Shown here piece after piece: positions 19,684 to 29,724 of a stretch of DNA of 64,000 bases. The stretch's first letter is position 1. Each line of letters starts with the position of its first letter. The position numbers were made by a program, and so were the translations under genes. The DNA comes from Candidatus Cloacimonadota bacterium. Lineage in GTDB: Bacteria > Cloacimonadota > Cloacimonadia > G963667145. The notes beneath the pieces are model-generated. The model made no database searches. It saw only the letters and a list, made by a program, of their open reading frames with translations, and was not told where the DNA came from. The DNA lies in assembly GCA_963667255.1 (NCBI GenBank), contig OY762940.1, forward strand, positions 992,001-1,056,000. Direction: 5' to 3'.

Positions 19684-20643
19684 ATGGAAAATGCAGTTGT
19701 TAAAATTATGTCAGAAAATGGGTTAGTTTCTGTAAATGTTGATGATGTCCCCAAAATTATTGTGGATAATATTGAAACTATTTCAGAGCTTGAAAGGAAG
19801 GTTAGGAGTGCTGAAAAATCTGCTAATGAAGCAATGGATTTTTTTGGTAAGCAAATGGCTCATTATGAGGAAAGAGGGGTATGGTTTTTTAAATATCGTA
19901 CTGGAAATACAAAAGATATAGTTGAAGATACTCAAAAAGCGTTGGAAAAGTCGCTTCAAGCTCAACAGGTAAATAATGAGGCTTTGACAATGGTGCTTGA
20001 TTTTCAAAAGAAACTAGCGAAAACAACAAAGTATTTATTTGATTTAGGTTGTGCTAACATAACTATGAATAGGATTACTGTAAAAGCGATTGAAAAGAAA
20101 TTGTCTGGTGCAAGCAAAGAAGAAATTTCTGAATTGGCAAAACAAGAATTAATTTCTGTTGTTAGGCAATTGAAAGCACAAGAAGATATACATAAAAAAC
20201 AAGAATTTTTAACTTCTAAGGTAAAAGATAGTTTATCTCGATTGAAGGAAAAAGATAATTTAGATAAAGAACAATCTGAAAACATAGAATCTTTGATTAA
20301 TGAGAGTAGTATTCATGAAAAAAGAATTTTGAAATTGCATGAAAATCTTTCAGAAAAAGACATAATAGATGAGGAACAAACTCAACGACTTGAAAATCTC
20401 GATAGACTTTTGTCATCGAAAGAGATCGTTGATAAACAGCAAGAAGAGAGTATCACTAAGAATAAATTATCAATTAATAAGAATACAGAAGCAATTAAGA
20501 TACTTGTTGAGTATATGCAACAGAAAGATTTGCTAGATAAAGAACAAACTGAGAAAATTAAATTTTTGAAAATAGCTGTAATTATTTTGATTGTTTTTGT
20601 AATTTGTGAAGTAGCTATTTTATTATTTCAATTTTTGCCGTAA
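19684..20643 (+). CDS. Coiled-coil protein with a C-terminal membrane anchor
   Basis: E/K/Q-rich heptads, repeated K[DE]xxDx[EQ]Q motifs, terminal hydrophobic helix IAVIILIVFVICEVAILLF. Confidence 0.75.
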   Translation: MENAVVKIMSENGLVSVNVDDVPKIIVDNIETISELERKVRSAEKSANEAMDFFGKQMAHYEERGVWFFKYRTGNTKDIVEDTQKALEKSLQAQQVNNEALTMVLDFQKKLAKTTKYLFDLGCANITMNRITVKAIEKKLSGASKEEISELAKQELISVVRQLKAQEDIHKKQEFLTSKVKDSLSRLKEKDNLDKEQSENIESLINESSIHEKRILKLHENLSEKDIIDEEQTQRLENLDRLLSSKEIVDKQQEESITKNKLSINKNTEAIKILVEYMQQKDLLDKEQTEKIKFLKIAVIILIVFVICEVAILLFQFLP

Positions 20644-20694
20644 AATATTGTATTATTATTGAATTAAATTTAGGGCTAATGTTAATTCTTTACC

Positions 20695-21651
20695 TCAAAA
20701 TTCCCATGCTCCTTGCAGTGAAATAAAATATCCCTCATCAACGCTTCTTGTTGTTTTAGCCTTCCCCTTGTAATACAGCTCGCGGGCATTAAAAGTGTAT
20801 CCAGAGGAAATTTTGAGGAAAGACAAATCCAATTCCCCGAAAATTGAGTTGTATTGGAGTTCGATAGATTCCTTATCATCTGAGGAGTTGTAAGCTCTTT
20901 TGGTCAAATCAAATCCGCCGTAGTTAGCATTCTTAAAGCCGACGGCGACACCCGCAAAATCGCCAAGTTTGTGATTTTCATCGAAAAATCGGTAATGCAA
21001 TTTGGTCTCAAAAAGCAAATCTCGCTCATCGCGAAATTGGTCGATTCTTCCATCAAAACTTGCTCTGAGTTTGTTTTTTGGGAAGAAAGTCATATCCAAA
21101 TTTGGCGAAGAGATAAACTCAAATTTTGTTTCCACAAATTCACTAACGGAGCTTATCCTAAGAAACGGAACGGGGAAGAGAACCCAAGGCTTGCCGTCTG
21201 CATACTCTATCCCAAAATCACTCACTGCCAAGCCTCCGCCGAAAACAAGCGAAAAATCTTTTCTATCGATAAATTTGTGCCCATACACCACAGCGGTTTG
21301 CAAGGTTTGCACTTCCATTTTTTCAGGGTGGTCGGTGTAGGAGCTATACAAAAATAAAAATTGCGATTTCTCCGTGTGATATTCGCTGATGAAGTCGATG
21401 CCGATGTAGGATTGCGGATAGTCTGACAAGAGACTTTTTTCAAACTCAAAAAGCGAGGTAAACCCCACAATGAGAAGATTTTTGTTTTGAATTACCAAAC
21501 CAAAGTTGCTGTTTTTGAGGGATTGTTTGTCGGTGTGAAAATAGTCGTATTGCACAATGGGGATAAAACTGGTTTTCTTTTCCTCTTGGGCAAAAATGCT
21601 TGCTGGGAAGATAAGCAGAAGTAGGAGCGAGAGTTTTAAATATTTTTTCAT
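20695..21651 (-). CDS. Hypothetical exported protein, probable outer-membrane beta-barrel
   Basis: Signal peptide ending in IFA; amphipathic strands; C-terminus ISLQGAWEF. Confidence 0.65.
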   Translation of the reverse strand: MKKYLKLSLLLLLIFPASIFAQEEKKTSFIPIVQYDYFHTDKQSLKNSNFGLVIQNKNLLIVGFTSLFEFEKSLLSDYPQSYIGIDFISEYHTEKSQFLFLYSSYTDHPEKMEVQTLQTAVVYGHKFIDRKDFSLVFGGGLAVSDFGIEYADGKPWVLFPVPFLRISSVSEFVETKFEFISSPNLDMTFFPKNKLRASFDGRIDQFRDERDLLFETKLHYRFFDENHKLGDFAGVAVGFKNANYGGFDLTKRAYNSSDDKESIELQYNSIFGELDLSFLKISSGYTFNARELYYKGKAKTTRSVDEGYFISLQGAWEF

Positions 21652-22352
21652 AATGTTGTGATGAGTTCCTTGTATTTTTGTTTTAATTCGTGTATTAGCA
21701 GGATTTCGGCGATTTTCTCCGAGTCGATGCTCAAAAGTTGGGACAAAGCGAAGACAAAACCTGCGATAGTGTCGTTGACCGATTTTTTTTTATCTTGGAT
21801 TTTGTCATCAAAAATAATGCTGTTCAGCTGTTCGGTGGTGCTGATGTCCAAGTTGAAAATGAGATTGGCGATAGTCTTGGCAGAGCAAGGGAAAGCACAT
21901 TCGTCGTTGTTTTTGCCGACTTCAAAGATGATGCTGAAAACTTCCGTATAAATTTTTTGGGCGTATTTGCCCAATAGCTGGTTGACAGCGGCGTTCTCCA
22001 CAGAAAATGTATTGGCTTTTTTCGGTTTGACAAAAGAGGTAGCCGAGGTGTTTAGTTGCATTGAGCGGGCGATTTTCATGGTTTCGTAAATCTTTTCGGA
22101 CATCGTCAGCTTGTCGTTGTTTGCTATCGGCATAAATTTCTCTTTCAAAAATTTGTAGTAGTTGAGGCAAATTTCGTTCAGCACAGCCTCTTTGGAGACA
22201 AAGTGATGATACATCGCACCCTTGGACAGCCCGCACTCCTTGGCAATTTGAGCGATGGAGGTGTTTTCGTAGCCTTGGGCATAAAAAAGTTTTTCCGCCA
22301 CTTCCAAGATATTTGTTATGGTTTTCTCTTTTTGTGATTCTCTTATATTCAT
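21648..22352 (-). CDS. TetR/AcrR-family regulator
   Basis: ILEVAEKLF...GYENTSIAQIAKECGLSKGAMYHHF.SKE. Confidence 0.93.
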   Translation of the reverse strand: MNIRESQKEKTITNILEVAEKLFYAQGYENTSIAQIAKECGLSKGAMYHHFVSKEAVLNEICLNYYKFLKEKFMPIANNDKLTMSEKIYETMKIARSMQLNTSATSFVKPKKANTFSVENAAVNQLLGKYAQKIYTEVFSIIFEVGKNNDECAFPCSAKTIANLIFNLDISTTEQLNSIIFDDKIQDKKKSVNDTIAGFVFALSQLLSIDSEKIAEILLIHELKQKYKELITTL

Positions 22353-22366
22353 AAAAACAACATAAA

Positions 22367-22389
22367 TATTGACTGACCGTCGGTCAATA
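22367..22389. promoter_or_regulatory. Probable TetR operator overlapping a -35 box
   Basis: TATTGACTGAC-C-GTCGGTCAATA, 11-bp arms with 1 mismatch, in the divergent intergenic gap. Confidence 0.7.
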
Positions 22390-22425
22390 AGTTTGTTGAA
22401 TTTATTTTATTTTGTGGAGGAAGAG

Positions 22426-23253
22426 ATGTTGGAACGATATAACAAAACGCTTACTTTTTACGGATATTCTTTGGTGATACCTTGGATTTTGTGGTTTACG
22501 GTGGCTTATCTTAGCCACTTGCCTCGTCAAAATTGCTTGCTACAATTTGCTCAACAGACATTGGCAATTGTGGGACTTTTTGCACCTACTTTGGTAGCTC
22601 TTTATCTTTTTATGAAAGACGAAGTTTTGAAAAAAGATTTGCTGAATCGCTTGTTCAAATTTGAGAAAGTGGAGAAAAAATTCATCTTCTTAACCTTTTG
22701 TTTATTGCCTATTTCGATTATTTTGGCACAATTTATTTCTCTGTTTTTCGGTCATGATTTGGGGCAATTTTACATCTCGGGCAAACCATCGTTTACCTCT
22801 TTTTTGTTGTCGCCGTGGCTTATACTGATTTTGGCTCCCATCGTGGAAGAGTTGGCTTGGCACTCCTACGGCACGGACACTCTCAGGCGGAAGTTCAATC
22901 TGTTCAACACTTGCCTGATTTTTGGATTTTATTGGGTGCTGTGGCATTTGCCATTGGGTTTCATCAAAGGCTATTTTCACAGCAATGTGATTGCCGAAGG
23001 TTGGATTTACACACTAAATTACATTTTCAGCCTTTTTGTCTTCGTTATTCTGATGAATTGGCTTTACTTCAAGGCGAAGAGGAATATTTTGGTCACGATT
23101 ATTTTTCATCTTATGGCAAATATTTCCAACGAAATTTTTGCGACGCATCCCGATAGCAAAGTTATTCAGACTGGATTGCTCTTATTTGTGGCAATAGCAG
23201 TTCTTTATAAAGATAGGAAGATGTTTTTTTTGCAAAGTAAAGGGAGAAAATGA
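22426..23253 (+). CDS. CPBP (CAAX/Abi) intramembrane metalloprotease
   Basis: EELAW, WVLWH, IIFH motifs; SD GGAGG at 22416-22420 supports the ATG at 22426. Confidence 0.9.
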   Translation: MLERYNKTLTFYGYSLVIPWILWFTVAYLSHLPRQNCLLQFAQQTLAIVGLFAPTLVALYLFMKDEVLKKDLLNRLFKFEKVEKKFIFLTFCLLPISIILAQFISLFFGHDLGQFYISGKPSFTSFLLSPWLILILAPIVEELAWHSYGTDTLRRKFNLFNTCLIFGFYWVLWHLPLGFIKGYFHSNVIAEGWIYTLNYIFSLFVFVILMNWLYFKAKRNILVTIIFHLMANISNEIFATHPDSKVIQTGLLLFVAIAVLYKDRKMFFLQSKGRK

Positions 23254-23594
23254 TGGCAATTAGCCAAGAATTTATTGATTACCTAATCGACCAAATCGTG
23301 GATGCGGGGGAAATTACCGCTAAGAGAATGTTTGGGGGATGTGCGATTTATTCCGATGGGAAAATTTTCGGTTTGATTGGCGATGGTAAGTTGTTTATCA
23401 AGCCGACTAAATCGGGCAAGGAGTTTATCGGACAAGTGACGGAAGAACCACCCTACGAAGGAGCGAAGCCTTATTTTCTCATTGAGGAGAGAATTGAAGA
23501 CAGCCAGTGGTTGAGCGAGTTGGTTAGGCTGTCTTGCGATGAGTTGCCGATGCAAAAGAGACGAGAATCGAAGAAAAAACCATCTGTTCACTAA
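23250..23594 (+). CDS. TfoX N-terminal domain protein
   Basis: KRMFGG..IY.DGKIFGLI...LFIK, PPYEGAK. Confidence 0.88.
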   Translation: MMAISQEFIDYLIDQIVDAGEITAKRMFGGCAIYSDGKIFGLIGDGKLFIKPTKSGKEFIGQVTEEPPYEGAKPYFLIEERIEDSQWLSELVRLSCDELPMQKRRESKKKPSVH

Positions 23595-23816
23595 AATAAA
23601 GCTAATCTTTGCGAATCTCTTTTAGTGCTCTGCTTTTACGATGAAGTCACTTGATAGAAGTTTTCCAAAATATTATAATTGACAAAAATAACCTCAATTA
23701 AGTATAAACAACAGAGTTGCTTATTGTCCCTAAAAATTAGTTATGTATGGGCATAACTTCATAGTTTGCAGAAACTTATCACGAAAAATTTTGAGAGAAA
23801 CAAAAGGAGAACTTAA

Positions 23817-26069
23817 ATGATAAACAAAACTCTGATTACCGGTTTCCCTAGAATCGGAGAAAAACGCGAGTTAAAGAAGAAGTTGGAAGCTTATTGGTCA
23901 GGCAAAATCAGTTTGCAAGACCTCCAAGATGCTGCCAAAGAGTTGCGGAAAAAGCACTGGCTTGAGCAAAAAGATAGAGGAATCGAATACATCAGTTCAA
24001 ACGATTTTAGTTATTACGATTTGATGTTGGACACTTCCGTGATGCTGAACGCTATACCGGCGAGATTTCGCAATATTGCCGATAGCACAGAGAGATATTT
24101 TGCCATGGCGAGAGGTAATGCCGATGCAGTGGCGATGGCGATGACTAAGTGGTTTAACTCTAACTATCACTATATTGCTCCCGAGTTGGACAGCAAAACA
24201 GATTTCAAACTTAATGTGGACAAGATTATCAGCGATTACAAAGAGGCTAAAGATTTGGGTATTGCCACTAAGATTAACTTGATAGGTCCTATCACTTTTA
24301 CCGGATTGTCCAAGACCGCTGACGGCGAAGACTCTTTCGGTTATTTCGACAAAATTCTTGCTGTTTACAAAGAGCTGTTGAAGACGATAACAGAGTTGGA
24401 TAGCACGGTTACCGTTCAGTTTGATGAGCCTATTTTTGTGAAAAATCCATCTGCGAAGATTTTGTCGCTTGTTAAGAAAACTTATTCAGAGCTTGCCAGC
24501 GTTAGTGATAAGATTAAGATAATTGTTACTTCGTATTTTGAGCACTCTTGCGAAGCTGTGAGTGAGCTTGCCGATACTTCCGTTTGGGGCATCGGGCTCG
24601 ATTTTGTTCATGGTAGCAAAAATTTGGAATGTCTCAAAGCTATCGGTGGCAAAACGCTTATTGCGGGTGTTGTTGACGGCAGGAATATTTGGCGTAACGA
24701 TTTTGCCCAATCTTTGGAACTTCTGGAGAAAATCAGTAAGGTTGTTCCCAGGGAGCAAATTATCGTTTCCACTGCTTGTTCGCTCTTGCATGTTCCGTAT
24801 TCTCTGCGTAATGAACCTGATAGCGACATCAAGCAATGGCTCGCTTTTGCTGTGGAGAAGGTGAAAGAGGTTGCTTTCCTCGGCAAAGTTTTTCATGGAG
24901 AAACTCTTTCTACTGAAGATAAAGCACAACTTGAGAGTAACAAAAAAATATTGGATGCGAAAAAGAGTTCCGCATTGATTACCGATAGTGCCGTAACCGA
25001 CAGAGTGAAAAATATTTCCAAAGTCGTGAGAGACGGTAAGTTTGCCGAGAGAATAGCTGTTCAGAGAGAAAAATTGAATCTGCCCGATTTGCCGACGACC
25101 ACTATTGGTAGTTTCCCGCAAACTCCCGAGCTTCGTAAAACACGGTTGGCACTCAAAAAAGGCAACATTTCGTATGCTGAGTATGAAGCCGAAATCAAAG
25201 GGTATATTGACGATTGTGTCTCTTTCCAAGAGGAAATTGGGCTTGATGTTTTGGTGCATGGCGAGCCTGAACGAAACGATATGGTGGAATATTTTGGTGA
25301 GTTGATGAAGGGCTTCCATTTTACCAAGAACGGTTGGGTGCAAAGCTATGGCAGTCGTTGTGTGAAACCGCCTGTGATTTATGGAGATATTAGTCGTCCG
25401 GAAGCTATGACTGTGAAATGGATTTCGTATGCACAAAGCAAAACCAAAAACATCATGAAGGGTATGTTGACTGGTCCTGTGACCATCATCAACTGGTCTT
25501 TTGTCAGGAACGATATGCAGCGGGCTGTGATTGCCAATCAAATTGCTTTGGCTCTCAGCGACGAGATTGACGATTTGCAAAATGCGGGTATCGCCGTTAT
25601 ACAAGTGGATGAGGCTGCTTTCAAGGAAGGTTATCCTCTGCGTAAGGAAAACATCGGAGCGTATGAGAAGTGGGCTTTGGATAGTTTCAAGTTGTCCGTC
25701 TCTTCCGCTAGACTGGAGACCCAAATCCACACTCATATGTGTTACAGCGATTTCAACGATATTATGCCGACTATTCAGGCGATGGATGCCGATGTTATTA
25801 CCATCGAGACTGCCAGAAGCGGTAACAGACTGTTGCAGGTTTTCAAGCAAACCGGTTACAGCAACGAAATCGGACCGGGAGTGTATGACATTCACTCTCC
25901 ACGGATTCCGTCGGTTGACGAGTTCAAAAAGCAGATTGTGGAGAGACTTGAGGTTGTTGATAGACCTAAGATGTGGGTCAATCCCGATTGCGGACTTAAG
26001 ACCAGAAAGTGGGAAGAGGTCAAACCTGCTTTGAGCAATATGGTGCAGGCTACCAAAGAGTTAAGATAA
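23817..26069 (+). CDS. metE: Cobalamin-independent methionine synthase
   Basis: GFPRIG..RELK, MTKWF.SNYHY, PTTTIGSFPQT, HGEPERNDMVEYF, HTHMCY, WVNPDCGLKTR. Confidence 0.98.
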   Translation: MINKTLITGFPRIGEKRELKKKLEAYWSGKISLQDLQDAAKELRKKHWLEQKDRGIEYISSNDFSYYDLMLDTSVMLNAIPARFRNIADSTERYFAMARGNADAVAMAMTKWFNSNYHYIAPELDSKTDFKLNVDKIISDYKEAKDLGIATKINLIGPITFTGLSKTADGEDSFGYFDKILAVYKELLKTITELDSTVTVQFDEPIFVKNPSAKILSLVKKTYSELASVSDKIKIIVTSYFEHSCEAVSELADTSVWGIGLDFVHGSKNLECLKAIGGKTLIAGVVDGRNIWRNDFAQSLELLEKISKVVPREQIIVSTACSLLHVPYSLRNEPDSDIKQWLAFAVEKVKEVAFLGKVFHGETLSTEDKAQLESNKKILDAKKSSALITDSAVTDRVKNISKVVRDGKFAERIAVQREKLNLPDLPTTTIGSFPQTPELRKTRLALKKGNISYAEYEAEIKGYIDDCVSFQEEIGLDVLVHGEPERNDMVEYFGELMKGFHFTKNGWVQSYGSRCVKPPVIYGDISRPEAMTVKWISYAQSKTKNIMKGMLTGPVTIINWSFVRNDMQRAVIANQIALALSDEIDDLQNAGIAVIQVDEAAFKEGYPLRKENIGAYEKWALDSFKLSVSSARLETQIHTHMCYSDFNDIMPTIQAMDADVITIETARSGNRLLQVFKQTGYSNEIGPGVYDIHSPRIPSVDEFKKQIVERLEVVDRPKMWVNPDCGLKTRKWEEVKPALSNMVQATKELR

Positions 26070-26088
26070 ATGAAAATGCAATAATTGT

Positions 26089-26124
26089 TAGGCTCTGCTG
26101 TAAACGGTAGAGCCTATCTTTTTT
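26089..26124 (+). terminator. Rho-independent terminator
   Basis: TAGGCTCTGCTG-taaa-CGGTAGAGCCTA followed by TCTTTTTT. Confidence 0.8.
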
Positions 26125-26151
26125 GTAAATTTGAACGGTTTTTAGGAAAAT

Positions 26152-27195
26152 ATGATGTTAGAAGATTTGGGATACGACAGCCATTTTGAAGAGATACGAC
26201 TGAAAAATAATTTTGCCTATTCCGAGATAGGTCGAGTTTCGTTGGTGCACAGAGACAAATGCATTGTCAAAACTCCGCATGCCGATTGCGAGGGGATTAC
26301 TTCGGGTAGCTTGAGATTTACCAAAAATTTTCCTGCTGTGGGAGATTGGGTTGTTTTTTCGGATAGTGGGTTTGACAAGGTAACAATCAAGGAAATTTTA
26401 CCGCGAAAGAATTTCTTGGAACGGCAATCTTCCGGCAAGAGCGTTGAGGGGCAAATTATTGCAGCCAATGTGGATTTCGCCTTTGTGGTGCAAGCTGTTG
26501 ATTACGATTTCAGTCTGAATCGCTTGGAGAGATATTTGGCGATTTGCAAATCTGCGACGATAGAGCCGATAGTGATTTTGAGCAAAATTGATTTGCTGGA
26601 AGATGAAGAAGTTCAGTTGCTTACATCGCAAATCCACGGCAGAATGGGAACTGTTAAAGTTATTTGTCTGAGTAATAAAGAGTTGCTTGGCTTGAACGAA
26701 ATCAAGAATTTGCTGGGTAAGGGCAAAACTTTTTGTTTGCTGGGTTCATCGGGAGTTGGCAAATCAAGTCTGATTAACAATCTTTTGGGTAGCGACATCA
26801 TGAAAACCGCCGAAATAAGTGTCAGCACAAATAAAGGCAGGCATTCCACCACACACAGAGAGCTGTTTGTTTTGCCCGAAGGTGGAATTTTGATAGATAA
26901 TCCCGGTATTCGTGAGGTTGGTTTGACGAATGTAGCTGGTGGTTTAACCGAAACTTTCGGGGAAATTGCGAAATTGAGCAAAGAGTGCAAATTCAAAGAT
27001 TGTTCGCATACGAAAGAGATTGGTTGTGCTGTATTGGGAGCACTGGAAAACGGCGAACTTGACGAAGATTTGTATCAGAACTATTTGAAGATGAAAAAAG
27101 AGAGCGAAGTTTTTGCCGCCACCACTGAGCAGAAACGCAAAAAAGAGAAGAATTTTTCTAAGAAAATCAAGAATTACAAAAAGTTTAACAGATAA
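26152..27195 (+). CDS. rsgA: Ribosome small subunit-dependent GTPase A
   Basis: PAVGDWV, SKIDL, GSSGVGKSS, GRHSTT, DNPG, CKFKDCSH.KE.GC. Confidence 0.93.
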   Translation: MMLEDLGYDSHFEEIRLKNNFAYSEIGRVSLVHRDKCIVKTPHADCEGITSGSLRFTKNFPAVGDWVVFSDSGFDKVTIKEILPRKNFLERQSSGKSVEGQIIAANVDFAFVVQAVDYDFSLNRLERYLAICKSATIEPIVILSKIDLLEDEEVQLLTSQIHGRMGTVKVICLSNKELLGLNEIKNLLGKGKTFCLLGSSGVGKSSLINNLLGSDIMKTAEISVSTNKGRHSTTHRELFVLPEGGILIDNPGIREVGLTNVAGGLTETFGEIAKLSKECKFKDCSHTKEIGCAVLGALENGELDEDLYQNYLKMKKESEVFAATTEQKRKKEKNFSKKIKNYKKFNR

Positions 27196-27203
27196 AAGTT
27201 TTT

Positions 27204-27632
27204 ATGAGATTGTGGTCGTTGCATCCGAAATACCTTGATGTTAAAGGGCTTTTGGCTCTTTGGCGAGAGTCGTTGTTGGCTAAAAAGGTTTTGGAAGGCA
27301 AAACCAACGGCTATAAAAATCATCCTCAGCTTATTCGTTTTAAGGAATTGGAAAATCCCTTGGAGGCGATTAATTCCTATTTGCAGGAAATTTGGCAAGA
27401 AGCGGATACACGGGGCTATAAGTTTGATAAAGCTAAGTTTACAGTCTCTTGTGAAGTCGATAAAATAGCAGTTACCAGTGGGCAAATTGAGTTTGAGCGA
27501 AAGCATTTGCTCCGAAAATTGGCAGTCAGAGACTCGGGGAAAAGGAAAATTTTGGAACAGGCTTCAGTTTGCGAACTTCATCCACTATTTGTGGAAATCT
27601 CCGGCGAAATCGCCGATTGGGAAAAGGTTTAG
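27204..27632 (+). CDS. Pyrimidine dimer DNA glycosylase/endonuclease V-like protein
   Basis: MRLWSLHPKYLD.KGL.ALWRE.LLA, GY.NHPQL.RF. Confidence 0.85.
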   Translation: MRLWSLHPKYLDVKGLLALWRESLLAKKVLEGKTNGYKNHPQLIRFKELENPLEAINSYLQEIWQEADTRGYKFDKAKFTVSCEVDKIAVTSGQIEFERKHLLRKLAVRDSGKRKILEQASVCELHPLFVEISGEIADWEKV

Positions 27633-28930
27633 TCTTCGCTTTTCTCCAAAATTGCCACCGTTTCTATGTGGTGCGTATAGGGAAACATGTCGAAAGGTTG
27701 AATCTTTTTCACCGCAAATCCGATATTCTCAAGTCGTTGGACATCTCGCAACAAGGTCACGGGATTACAACTTATGTAAATTATTCTGGGGATTGCATCG
27801 CATTTTTCGATGATACTCTTATCCAGTCCACTTCTTGGTGGGTCAAAAATTGTCCAATCGGCTTTGCCAGCGATTTGTAAATTATTCAAAAAATTTTCGA
27901 CTTTTTCGTGGGAAAATTTCACATTTTCGCAGGAGTTCATTCGGATATTTTCTTGCAAATTTTTTATGGAAAAGGGATTTTCTTCCACACAATAAACGGT
28001 CTTCAGCTTGTCCGCCAGATAAATCCCAATCGTCCCGACACCGCTGTAGGCATCGATAACGGTGGAATTTCCCTCAACGCAATTTTTCACAAAATCGTAA
28101 AGTTTTTCAGTTTGAGCTAAGTTTATCTGAAAAAAACTGTTTGCATCTACTTTGAACACCTTGTTTTTAATCTTGTAGAGCAGAAAATCTTGTCCGTCCA
28201 ATGTTGTGTTTTCGTTTCCCAAGACTTCGCTGGTTTTGTTGGTGTTTAAGACGATTCCCCTTATTTGTGGAAATTTTTCTTTTAGATTGCTCACGAGAGT
28301 TTTGATGAATGGAAGTTTCTTGTTTTTTGCTACCAAGATAACCAAAATTTCTCCCAATTCGTTTATTTTGAAACCAACCGATTTCAAAGAGCCGGTGTCC
28401 CTCTTTTCATCGTATATTTTCACCTTTGATTTTTTGATATACTCTTCAACTTCACTTATAATTTCGTGAAAAACCTTGGGATGTAATATGCAATCTTGGG
28501 AATTTATGACATTGTGCGAATTTTTCTCGAACATTCCGATAGTGCCGTCTGCCGAAATCGGGAAAAAGCTTTTGTTTCTGTAATGGGAATTTTTGGGAGA
28601 TGAGACAATTTTCTCAATTTCATATTCTGAGAACAGCTCTTCCATGCTGGATTGCTTGAGTTTTAGTTGATTTTCGTAGCTGACATCAAGCCAAATGCAA
28701 CCGCCACAGATGTTGCAATATTTGCAGTCGGTTTTCTCTGTTCTTAGTTTTGATTTTTTGGCAAAAGACTCTATTTGGGTAAAAAGCAGATTTTTTTTGG
28801 AATGGTAAATTTTGGCATTTACGATGTCGCCTTTTATTCCGCCAACGACAAAAGCAGTCTTACTCTCGTGGTAGCCGATGCCAAATCCGTTTATGGTCAT
28901 TTTTTCGATTAATAAATTTTCTATCGTCAT
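27629..28930 (-). CDS. rlmD: 23S rRNA (uracil-C5)-methyltransferase
   Basis: TRAM domain, C.YC.ICGGC, SFFQIN, DPPRSG, YISCNP.TL.RD, DMFP.T.H.E. Confidence 0.9.
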   Translation of the reverse strand: MTIENLLIEKMTINGFGIGYHESKTAFVVGGIKGDIVNAKIYHSKKNLLFTQIESFAKKSKLRTEKTDCKYCNICGGCIWLDVSYENQLKLKQSSMEELFSEYEIEKIVSSPKNSHYRNKSFFPISADGTIGMFEKNSHNVINSQDCILHPKVFHEIISEVEEYIKKSKVKIYDEKRDTGSLKSVGFKINELGEILVILVAKNKKLPFIKTLVSNLKEKFPQIRGIVLNTNKTSEVLGNENTTLDGQDFLLYKIKNKVFKVDANSFFQINLAQTEKLYDFVKNCVEGNSTVIDAYSGVGTIGIYLADKLKTVYCVEENPFSIKNLQENIRMNSCENVKFSHEKVENFLNNLQIAGKADWTIFDPPRSGLDKSIIEKCDAIPRIIYISCNPVTLLRDVQRLENIGFAVKKIQPFDMFPYTHHIETVAILEKSED

Positions 28931-29122
28931 AATTCGCTCATTTTGCGGTCTATTTTGTAAAAATTATGAATGAAAAAGCGAAAATAGTGTCAACATAATT
29001 AAGATTAGTTTGAGATTTATCAGGTCAATTTAGCTTGACATCACAGGCTTTTTTTACTGAATATCTTCATCGAATGTTTGTCACTTTTGGTATTGTTTGT
29101 GCTTTTTTAAAAATAGGGGAAA

Positions 29123-29713
29123 ATGGTAATGAGCGAAAGATTGGTAGATTTGACGGTCGAGGTCAACAAGGGGATTTTGCAGGAAGCCCTCGGCAACGAG
29201 AAAATGGTGAGTTTCGGGCATCAGGGGACACACTTTGATTCTATGGACAAGGTTTTCCCGATTGATTATTCTATTCGAGATGCCGTGGTTTTTGATGTTT
29301 CTGCTGTGCAAAACGGCGAGATAGCGGTGCAACATTTGGATACCACTCTTATCAAAGAGGGAGAGTTTGTCGCTTTTTACACAGGATTTATTGAAAAAAT
29401 TGGCTACGGTTCCAAGGAGTATTTTACCAACCATCCTTATTTGTCGTGGGAACTCATCGATTTTTTATTGGAGAAAAAAGTGGCGATTATCGGCGTGGAT
29501 TTTGCAGGTGTCAGACGAGGAAAGGAGCATACTCCCACAGACCAAAAGTGTGCTGACAGGGGAGTTTTCATTGTGGAAAATCTTTGCAATTTGGCGAATG
29601 TGTTGCAAAAAAAATCTTCGGCTATGTTTATCGCTTACACTTTCCCCATCAAATTTTCCGGATTGACCGGTTTGCCTTGCAGAGTCATCGGCAGTCTGCC
29701 TAAAGTGGATTGA
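29123..29713 (+). CDS. Cyclase/kynurenine formamidase-like metal hydrolase
   Basis: HQGTHFD, IGVD, IVENLCNL, GLPCRV. Confidence 0.85.
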   Translation: MVMSERLVDLTVEVNKGILQEALGNEKMVSFGHQGTHFDSMDKVFPIDYSIRDAVVFDVSAVQNGEIAVQHLDTTLIKEGEFVAFYTGFIEKIGYGSKEYFTNHPYLSWELIDFLLEKKVAIIGVDFAGVRRGKEHTPTDQKCADRGVFIVENLCNLANVLQKKSSAMFIAYTFPIKFSGLTGLPCRVIGSLPKVD

Positions 29714-29724
29714 TTTCCCCCAAG

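Noticed and set aside
23595..23816. SAM or cobalamin riboswitch upstream of metE
   Set aside because: No S-box or B12-box consensus visible; only a short dyad AGTTATG-N6-CATAACT, too weak to call without a covariance search.
24486..25895. 469-aa antisense ORF within metE (and similar long antisense ORFs in aldehyde dehydrogenase, the TPR genes and purD)
   Set aside because: Shadow frames caused by codon bias of the sense genes; no recognisable motifs.
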